From positions 247,248 to 311,247 of IMG/VR virus record IMGVR_UViG_3300038345_000251: 64,000 nt of DNA; one strand, written 5' to 3'. The stretch comes from a virus (lineage: Duplodnaviria; Heunggongvirae; Uroviricota; Caudoviricetes). The position numbers and the translations under genes are program-made. Shown here piece by piece: positions 8,673 through 14,981 of this stretch; position 1 is the first letter of the stretch, and each line of letters starts with the position of its first letter. The notes under the pieces were generated by a model. That model was given only the letters and a program-made list of their open reading frames with translations. It was not told the origin of the DNA and searched no databases.

Positions 8673-8830
8673 TCGTGCATACCAGAATCGAACTGGTGTT
8701 TACAGAATGGGCTTCTTATAAAGTATCGAACTTTCTTCATTCTCACCAAGATTAAAATAAGAAGCTAACTTTTTTCAGATTAAGTTTAACTGTATAAAAT
8801 CTGTCGTCCTAGCCACTAGACGAATGCACG
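8673..8830 (-). tRNA. tRNA-Glu(UUC) interrupted by an 86-nt intron
   Basis: exon1 ends ACAGA-TT TT; exon2 starts C AT-TCTGT. Confidence 0.88.
8710..8795 (-). other. AUACRG...C mini-intron in tRNA-Glu(UUC), position 35/36
   Basis: ATACAG..AACTT..CTGAAA..AAGTT; nested stem GCTTCTTAT/ATAAGAAGC with AAAG-TTCGATA-CTTT arm; terminal C. Confidence 0.8.
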
Positions 8831-8835
8831 AAATT

Positions 8836-8974
8836 TAGTATCTACACGTGAAGCAGGTGTGCACTCCTATCTCTTCACCCTTTTGTATATGTAACACCCA
8901 AGTCATGTTCATATACCTTGCCTCCAAAAGACGCTTGGGAATTTCTTTGAAAACCGTCTTTATCCTTGATACTA
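8836..8974 (-). ncRNA. putative structured intergenic RNA
   Basis: closing stem AGTATC/GATACT, GC-richer than its flanks, no ORF. Confidence 0.25.
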
Positions 8975-8975
8975 G

Positions 8976-9049
8976 TGGAGCGTATCGGAATCGAACCGAT
9001 GACCTCAACATTGCAAGTGTTGCGTTCTAGCCAACTGAACTAACGCCCC
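8976..9049 (-). tRNA. tRNA-Ala(UGC)
   Basis: G3-U70, loop CT TGC AA. Confidence 0.95.
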
Positions 9050-9056
9050 ATAAATC

Positions 9057-9173
9057 GGAAAACTTTATCTTTACGTCCAGTGGACGGGGTTGGACTTGAA
9101 CCAACGAACCTCTCATGTTTTCAATTAAAGTGAAAAATGTTAAACCATTAGCGTAAATTGCTGTATGTTTTCC
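9057..9173 (-). ncRNA. stem+ACAGCAA element with UUA anticodon arm and T arm (permuted tRNA-like)
   Basis: GGAAAAC-AT-ACAGCAA...TTTCA-CT TTA AT-TGAAA...GTTGG-TTCAAGT-CCAAC-CGTCC/GGACG...GTTTTCC. Confidence 0.6.
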
Positions 9174-9174
9174 T

Positions 9175-9249
9175 TGGCGGTGCATACGAGAATCGAACTC
9201 GTACCGCATGATAGACAGTCACGCATCCTAACCATTGGACCAATGCACC
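9175..9249 (-). tRNA. tRNA-Asp(GUC) with encoded CCA
   Basis: loop CT GTC TA, G73-CCA. Confidence 0.93.
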
Positions 9250-9267
9250 GTAAAAAAATGTATAATC

Positions 9268-9381
9268 AGAAAACGTCTTTAAAAATATTTCCATTATCTC
9301 CAAAGGAGACCTTTCAGTTTTTTTGCTGAAAGTTGGATTCGAACCAACAATTTTTTAAGCAAATGTTGCTGTATGTTTTCT
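9268..9381 (-). ncRNA. stem+ACAGCAA element with a T arm followed by a hairpin
   Basis: AGAAAAC-AT-ACAGCAA...GTTGG-TTCGAAT-CCAAC-TTTCAG/CTGAAA...GTTTTCT. Confidence 0.6.
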
Positions 9382-9585
9382 TAATACAAATATACTAATA
9401 AATAATTTAAAAGTCAATAAAACGAAGCATATATATTTTCTTTAGATAATACACGTCTGTATTAAATAGGTCATCATTGATTGCCTTTGGGTACATTGTT
9501 CCTTATCTCATACTATAAGTCAATGGTTTGCTACCGTCACAATCGGTTTTTGCTTCTGGCTTGTTAGGTATGAACTAACAAGTTG

Positions 9586-9804
9586 TGGGAAGGGGAGGAT
9601 TCGAACCTCCGAAGCCGTAAGGCAGCAGATTGTTCCATATAACTGATTCGAACAGTTGATTGCAAGTTTTTAACTTACTCCGACTTTATAACATTTTTTT
9701 GTTACCGTAAGCCTACGACTTTGACCACTTGTCTAATATGGAATTTGGTTTTCAGTTTGCTCTGTATTACAGTCTGCCCCATTTGACCACTCTGGAACCT
9801 TCCC
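9586..9804 (-). tRNA. tRNA-Tyr(GUA) interrupted by a 136-nt intron
   Basis: class II Tyr body; exon1 ends GCAGA-CT GTA; exon2 AA-TCTGC. Confidence 0.9.
9632..9767 (-). other. AUACRG...C mini-intron in tRNA-Tyr(GUA)
   Basis: ATACAG..CTGAAA; nested tRNA-like domain TTCCATAT/ATATGGAA with D arm GAC-AAGTGGTCAAA-GTC and T arm AACTG-TTCGAAT-CAGTT; terminal C. Confidence 0.8.
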
Positions 9805-9810
9805 ATTTAT

Positions 9811-10401
9811 TTACTGTATTAAAACACCTTGTTTGTTTTTTCTAGGTTTATAACCTGTTCTACCTAATTTCCAACCATTGTTTAAATATTCTTGAAGTTT
9901 TTCTTTTAATAAATATTTAACTTTACCTTCTTTATTAATCCAAATTCTTTTGTTTGTTGAATTTTCAGGTAACATTTTTTTTCTTGTTTTTTGTTTTGAT
10001 TCTTCTTTATGGTGTCTATTTTTCCATATAGTATTAAAAGAATCTTTGTTGTTTAAATAGATTTCTTGACTAATCCAAAATTTTTCACCATTTTTGTCTA
10101 TAACTGGTACCATTCCATTAGTACTAAAATACTTACCACCTATTTGAACATTATAGCAATTTTCATCTTTTATTAAAGTTTCATTTACTATTTCCTTTTC
10201 ATATAAAAAGGCTTCTTCTGATGTATTAAAATATTTTAATATTTCTTTTTTAAAGCATTCTATTCCATATTTAATAATTGCTTTTTTAAGAAATTTTCCA
10301 GAACCCATATAACCGTCATCAATATTATCTGTGTTATGTACACCATAATAATATTTGTTGTTAATGGTGTTTGTAATTTTATAAAAATAATGATATTTCA
10401 T
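9811..10401 (-). CDS. free-standing Seg-like GIY-YIG homing endonuclease
   Basis: YFYKITNTINNKYYYGVH..DDGYMGSG N-terminus. Confidence 0.8.
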   Translation of the reverse strand: MKYHYFYKITNTINNKYYYGVHNTDNIDDGYMGSGKFLKKAIIKYGIECFKKEILKYFNTSEEAFLYEKEIVNETLIKDENCYNVQIGGKYFSTNGMVPVIDKNGEKFWISQEIYLNNKDSFNTIWKNRHHKEESKQKTRKKMLPENSTNKRIWINKEGKVKYLLKEKLQEYLNNGWKLGRTGYKPRKNKQGVLIQ

Positions 10402-10595
10402 AACATTTACAGTTTCTTTTTATATAAATAGTAGAAAAACTGTAAATGTAAAGTTTTTTTTCAAAAAAATAACCGATTATACACGAACTCGGTAAACATT
10501 CCTGACTTAACGATTCAGATGGCGATTATTGCTGCAAGAGCAACCACGTGTTTCGATTCCTGGTACCTAGGACCGCACATTTTAACATCATAAAA

Positions 10596-10868
10596 ACAGT
10601 ATTAAGGAACTTTATTTGGTATCTGGCTGTAACCTTATATGCCATATTGCAATTTGTTTATTCTTCGAACAACATATAAGAGCTTCACACACCATTAGAG
10701 AGTTGACCGTAAAGGCTGTTCTTCCTGTTTGAACTATTCCGTCTTCCCTTCGTGTTATCCTTAGTGTGTACCATTGAGGTCATACGTTTTGTGTTCGATT
10801 CACTACGTACTAACGGTTAATCCGTTCACTGCTCTCCCAGCTTGTTCCTGAACTCCTAATAATACTGT
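10596..10868 (-). ncRNA. putative ~270-nt structured ncRNA
   Basis: closing stem ACAGTATTA..GGAAC/GTTCC-TTAATACTGT, no ORF. Confidence 0.35.
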
Positions 10869-10880
10869 AAAGTTATATCG

Positions 10881-10954
10881 TGGGAGTGGTTGGATTCGAA
10901 CCAACGTCTTTCATCTTGTAAGGATGACAGTCTATACCACTGGCGTACACTCCC
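10881..10954 (-). tRNA. tRNA-Val(UAC)
   Basis: TCATC-CT TAC AA-GATGA. Confidence 0.93.
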
Positions 10955-11107
10955 AAAAGCACCACATTTACGGTAACGTGGTCAACCAAGTAATTACTCA
11001 ACGAGTAATATAAGTAAAATACCTACTGATGGAGTAACATATCACACTTAGTTACTCACCATCCCTCCAGTGTGTGAATCCCTTAAAATCTTTCTTACCT
11101 CGGTATT

Positions 11108-11653
11108 TTATTGATAATCTTCAGTTTGTCTAATTCCAAATTTATGAAAGTATCGCAAAGGTCTCCATTTTTTACCATTAACGATAAATCCCCATTTAAT
11201 TTTAGGTCTACCTTCAAACATTAAAGTCCAAGCACCACCTTTAGGAATCTGTAAATAATGTAAGTCTTCTGCTTTTGAAAACCATATTGAATCATCCATA
11301 TTGAAGAAGTTTTTCCAAGAATTGAAAATACCTTCAACGTAACATTTCCGTTGGTTTTTAACTTCATAAGGCGTTCCGTCTTTCCATATTGTAACAGTAT
11401 CGTCAGGATTCTTATTATCTTCGTAAGGCTTTACATTCCAATAATGTCCTTTTAGAACAATACTGAGTAAGTTAGCACTATGGTCGTGAAAATATCTGTT
11501 ATCATCACTTTTAATCCAATGATGTATTCTCATTGAATAACCAAAGAAGATAAAAGTCCATCTAATTAAATAAGGTGCTTCAGGAATACCAAGTTTTTCT
11601 GCCCATCTAATTTGAAAGTTTTTAAATGGTTTCGTGTTTGTACTTCCTTTCAT
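11108..11653 (-). CDS. cupin-like phage protein
   Basis: RIHHWIKSDDNRYFHDH..LSIVLKGHYWN His-rich motif. Confidence 0.55.
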   Translation of the reverse strand: MKGSTNTKPFKNFQIRWAEKLGIPEAPYLIRWTFIFFGYSMRIHHWIKSDDNRYFHDHSANLLSIVLKGHYWNVKPYEDNKNPDDTVTIWKDGTPYEVKNQRKCYVEGIFNSWKNFFNMDDSIWFSKAEDLHYLQIPKGGAWTLMFEGRPKIKWGFIVNGKKWRPLRYFHKFGIRQTEDYQ

Positions 11654-11679
11654 AAAATTTTAATTAAAATTAAACTTTG

Positions 11680-11817
11680 TCAAGGGTGAAGGATTCGAAC
11701 CCCCTGGATTCATCTGGAACGTCTAGAATACCCAAACTATCCCCTTTCGGTCTTCCCTATGTATCTGCTGTTAGCTACTCAGCAGTAAGGCTGTTTTACC
11801 AATTAAACTAACCCCTG
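11680..11817 (-). tRNA. tRNA-like RNA with a large insert replacing the anticodon arm
   Basis: acceptor CAGGGGT/ACCCTTG, D and T arms intact; insert has CTGCTG/CAGCAG hairpin with ACAGCAG, CC-GAAA-GG and TTTGGGT. Confidence 0.5.
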
Positions 11818-11825
11818 TAAATTTG

Positions 11826-11900
11826 TGTGCCCTGAATGAATCGAACATCCGCATTTTCTGGGACGTAAATCCCATTGGTCTGCCACTAGCCTAAAGACAC
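11826..11900 (-). pseudogene. atypical tRNA-Val(UAC)-like RNA with a 6-nt anticodon loop
   Basis: TGGGA-TTTACG-TCCCA, extended variable region. Confidence 0.5.
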
Positions 11901-12196
11901 ATTTCTCACCTAAGATTAACACGATTTTATCTGTCATTCTCACGCACTAGGTACATTCTTGTTTTTTGTGCTGTTCTCACCCCTTTTATGACCCCTAGAC
12001 GCTACTCTATGCATCCTATATTTGGAATTAATGATGCTACCCTACGTCCACACTCATCATAACGTTTAACTGTGGCTTCCATTACCTGTTCCAATCATTT
12101 AATGGACTCCCCCACAGTGAAGCTGTTAATCGGATTTCAACGCTCTCTATTGAAGATTTGAACTTCTACATACCCTAGTAATAGAAAAATATAAAC

Positions 12197-12327
12197 AGGA
12201 AACGTTTTTTGTTTTGTTTTCGCCACTAAACTAACAATGAGAACACACAATCTCATTGTGGGGGATTCGAACCCACCGTCTTCTTTTTTGCAGAAAGTTA
12301 ACAATTTAAAATTGCTGTATGTTTCCT
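12197..12327 (-). ncRNA. circularly permuted tRNA-Cys-like RNA inside a stem+ACAGCAA bracket
   Basis: order: AGGAAAC-AT-ACAGCAA, CTTT-CT GCA AA-AAAG, T arm, ACAATGAG/CTCATTGT acceptor hairpin, D arm, GTTTCCT. Confidence 0.65.
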
Positions 12328-12564
12328 TATCTTATTGTTTTGTGTGTTTTTATTTCAAAAAAATGATGGATGCACAACCACTTCCTATTCCATCATTGTG
12401 TCATTACGTTTTGTGCCAACGTACCCAATTCCACAACACTTATTGGGTAACTTCGTGTAGTTTCAACAATCAAATTACTAAGATTGTAATGGACAGCCAA
12501 AGTAAACTTTGGAACTAATGTAACCACCATTAAATTTCTGCCGTTGTTACGAAAAATAATTCTC

Positions 12565-12633
12565 GGAAAACTAAATTTTAGCGTTTCTGAATTAAAAGTT
12601 CGGAGCTTAAATAAAAGTTGCTGTACGTTTTCC
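12565..12633 (-). ncRNA. stem+ACAGCAA element with a Lys(UUU) anticodon hairpin
   Basis: GGAAAAC-GT-ACAGCAA...TCCGAA-CT TTT AA-TTCAGA...GTTTTCC. Confidence 0.6.
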
Positions 12634-12690
12634 TATATTTTATATTTCTGATACAAATATACAAACTTATTTTTAAAAAAACAAAATTTT

Positions 12691-12772
12691 CAGGGACTTA
12701 CACTGTTTTAATCATGCCTAAACTAACTATCTATTGATAGTGGTGGAATCAAACCAACCTTCTGATGCCAAG
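12691..12772 (-). ncRNA. permuted tRNA-like fragment (T arm, acceptor hairpin, D arm)
   Basis: TGG-TTTGATT-CCA, ACTATC-AATA-GATAGT, TA-GTTT..AAAC. Confidence 0.45.
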
Positions 12773-12948
12773 CGGAAGCGGAGGGATTTGAACCCACGAC
12801 CCACGGATTAGCTTGATGTGTGGAATACGATACCACAATTCGAACTGCAAATGCTACGAGTTTTTCCTTAAACTACATCAAAACATGTTCGTTTCGGTGA
12901 ACAATTCCGTATACAGTCCGTTGCTCTGACCAACTGAGCTACGCTTCC
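12773..12948 (-). tRNA. tRNA-Asn(GUU) interrupted by a 102-nt intron
   Basis: exon1 ends ACGGA-CT GT; exon2 T AA-TCCGT; G73. Confidence 0.9.
12811..12912 (-). other. AUACRG...C mini-intron in tRNA-Asn(GUU), position 35/36
   Basis: ATACGGAATT-GTTC-ACCGAAAC-GAAC; nested TTGATGT/ACATCAA domain; terminal C. Confidence 0.82.
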
Positions 12949-12955
12949 AAAGTTA

Positions 12956-13050
12956 AAACACTTGTTATCAGCCGATTAGAAGTAAGTCTTTCAAAGCATT
13001 GAATTTTAATGAGGTCTGCTTCCTCCTGTACACTTACTAAACAAGTGTTA
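12956..13050 (-). ncRNA. putative ~95-nt structured RNA
   Basis: 10-bp closing stem AACACTTGTT/AACAAGTGTT, inner AGTAAGT/ACTTACT and GAGG/CCTC. Confidence 0.35.
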
Positions 13051-13057
13051 TAAGTAG

Positions 13058-13235
13058 TACTCTCGTTGGGATTCGAACCCAAGACCCACAGCTTAGAACC
13101 CATAATGAGATTCGAACTCAATATTCATTACCTTAGCAATGTTCTATCCTAAATAGAAATTATGGGTTAATAAATCCGTTTCGGTGGATAATTCCGTATG
13201 AAGGCTGTTGCTCTATCCAACTGAGCTACGAGAGC
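13058..13235 (-). tRNA. tRNA-Arg(UCU) interrupted by a 104-nt intron
   Basis: exon1 ends ACAGC-CT TC; exon2 T AA-GCTGT. Confidence 0.9.
13096..13199 (-). other. AUACRG...C mini-intron in tRNA-Arg(UCU)
   Basis: ATACGGAATT-ATCC-ACCGAAAC-GGAT; nested cloverleaf AACCCATAAT/ATTATGGGTT with D, AC-like and T arms; terminal C. Confidence 0.82.
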
Positions 13236-13277
13236 ATCTATATTTTAGTTAAAAAATAAATTCAAAGTAAATGGTTA

Positions 13278-13610
13278 TTAGAGGATTTCCCTAACAATAC
13301 CATAAATGTTATTTCTGCTAATCCAACCGTTCATATGACCGTGATTATTACCAATCAAGTAAGATGAACCTTTTTTGTTGGTTTTAATAGAATGAATTAA
13401 ATGAAGATAATAATGTCCATTTACTTTTGAAAGAACTATATCTCTTTTTTTTAATTCAGTTTCTTCAGTAACAGGTTCGCATATTACAGGTTGTTTAGAT
13501 TTTAAAATTGGTGTCATAGAATTACCAATTCCTGTAATTTTGCAGGTTTCTCCGTTACGAAGATGTTCAGCAGAAAAACGATTTTCAAAACCACTATAAG
13601 TGTATTCCAT
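13278..13610 (-). CDS. S24/S26 peptidase-like protein
   Basis: GNSMTPIL...LHLIH...GNN pattern. Confidence 0.65.
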   Translation of the reverse strand: MEYTYSGFENRFSAEHLRNGETCKITGIGNSMTPILKSKQPVICEPVTEETELKKRDIVLSKVNGHYYLHLIHSIKTNKKGSSYLIGNNHGHMNGWISRNNIYGIVREIL

Positions 13611-13657
13611 AATCGTTATTTTTATTGAAATTATTATTAATTAAGGCTTATGCCTTG

Positions 13658-14001
13658 TGGACCAGAGCAGGGTCGAACTGCTGTCTTAAATACCGTCAAC
13701 AAAAAAATTGGTTACAAGCTTTACTATGTTCGTTCCTGAAGTCTATAAACATAGAAGAACTGAAAGTTACAGGAAGAACGATTTTAATTCGAATATTTTT
13801 TTGTTCTATCCTAGTTTAAAAATATTCTATTGTATCTTCTGTTTCCAGGTTTTACAAGACCCAGCAATACTTAGGCAATAGCGTAAGCGTATGCAAGTTG
13901 GTTTTCACTAACTTTGTCGTTTGTTGTTTGTAGAATTTTAAGTGTCACCACTACTTGTTTTCTTGTCAACTAATATCCAATCAAAACCAAAATACTGGCC
14001 C
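13658..14001 (-). ncRNA. ssrA: tmRNA; predicted tag (A)TNDKVSENQLAYAYAIA
   Basis: GGGCCAG/CTGGTCC-A acceptor with G3-U70, T arm, internal tag ORF 13924-13871. Confidence 0.88.
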
Positions 14002-14020
14002 ATTCTGTATATTTAATTTG

Positions 14021-14093
14021 TGACCCCGAAGGGACTTGAACCCTTGACCCCAGCATTAAAAGTGCCGTGCTCTACCAACTGAGCTACGAGGCC
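14021..14093 (-). tRNA. tRNA-Lys(UUU)
   Basis: loop CT TTT AA. Confidence 0.95.
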
Positions 14094-14107
14094 ATTAGTC
14101 TTAAGTG

Positions 14108-14180
14108 TGGTGTGGGGTGGAGTTGAACCACCGACACATGGATTTTCAGTCCATTGCTCTACCACCTGAGCTACCACACC
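14108..14180 (-). tRNA. tRNA-Phe(GAA)
   Basis: ATGGA-CT GAA AA-TCCAT. Confidence 0.95.
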
Positions 14181-14261
14181 ATATTTAAAAATTTTTATAT
14201 CGTCAAAAATATCTGAAAAAACGATGGATTCATACCATAGGCTATTAAGCAACCTTTCATG

Positions 14262-14333
14262 TACTCCCAATAGGAATCGAACCTATATTACTGGTTCCGT
14301 AGACCAACGTTTTATCCGTTAAACTATGGAAGC
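14262..14333 (-). tRNA. tRNA-Arg(ACG)
   Basis: loop CT ACG GA. Confidence 0.93.
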
Positions 14334-14349
14334 AGAACAGTTATGGTGT

Positions 14350-14424
14350 TGGCAGGAGTTAGAGGATTCGAACCCCTACCTGTGGTTTTGGAGACCAATA
14401 TGCTACCATTAACACCAAACTCCT
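14350..14424 (-). tRNA. tRNA-Trp(CCA) with encoded CCA
   Basis: loop CT CCA AA, G73. Confidence 0.93.
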
Positions 14425-14436
14425 ATATATTTTTTC

Positions 14437-14514
14437 GGAAAACAAAGTTGATTTATCATTCCAATTACCCTAAAATTGTGATTAAATTAAATTAAAATTT
14501 GCTGTATGTTTTCC
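14437..14514 (-). ncRNA. stem+ACAGCAA element with a Pro(AGG) anticodon hairpin
   Basis: GGAAAAC-AT-ACAGCAA...CAATT-TT AGG GT-AATTG...GTTTTCC. Confidence 0.6.
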
Positions 14515-14707
14515 TGTTTTTTTCCACGAAGGGAGAAGTCTAACTCCCACTTCGTTTAACGACTTTTTACTACCATAATGAATCTTCGAAGATACCCAAA
14601 TAAGATGTAGCCGTTATGAATTCGTTAATCAACAGTGCATCTGTGCCATAAAAATGGTTGATGTTGTCCGCTTTCACGTACTATTTAGGTAATTCATTAA
14701 AATATTT

Positions 14708-14788
14708 GCTATGGCAAGAGGAATCGAACCTCTGTCTCCACGTGCTATACTAAAGCTAGACGTCCTGTACCACTAGACGATACCACAG
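14708..14788 (-). tRNA. atypical tRNA-like RNA with 8-bp acceptor stem and ambiguous anticodon arm
   Basis: CTGTGGTA/TGCCATAG; Glu/Asp-like D arm; loop readable as CT TTA GT or TT AGT AT. Confidence 0.45.
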
Positions 14789-14800
14789 ATAAGTTTTATT

Positions 14801-14901
14801 CCACAAAGTATTGCTTGCTGCGTAGTCCGTTTTCGATTATCGGATTCAAACTTATAAAGCATCATAACCGTCAATGCTTCTACGCCCTGGGCACTTTGTG
14901 A
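14801..14901 (-). ncRNA. putative ~100-nt multibranch RNA
   Basis: CACAAAGT/ACTTTGTG, GCGTAG/CTACGC, AAGCAT/ATGCTT, TCCG/CGGA stems. Confidence 0.4.
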
Positions 14902-14906
14902 TTTTG

Positions 14907-14981
14907 TCGGGAAGACAGGACTCGAACCTGCGACCCCTGGTTCCCAAAACCAGTGTTCTGAACCAACTGAACTACTTCCCG
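14907..14981 (-). tRNA. tRNA-Pro(UGG)
   Basis: CTGGT-TT TGG GA-ACCAG. Confidence 0.95.

Noticed and set aside
12956-13050. SRP (4.5S) RNA
   Set aside because: CAGG and GGAAGCAG are present, but the GNRA-capped helix between them is missing.
3758-14514. CRISPR array or T-box riboswitches explaining the ACAGCAA repeats
   Set aside because: The elements are dispersed, stem sequences vary and there is no regular repeat-spacer period; there is no T-box consensus and no downstream CDS.
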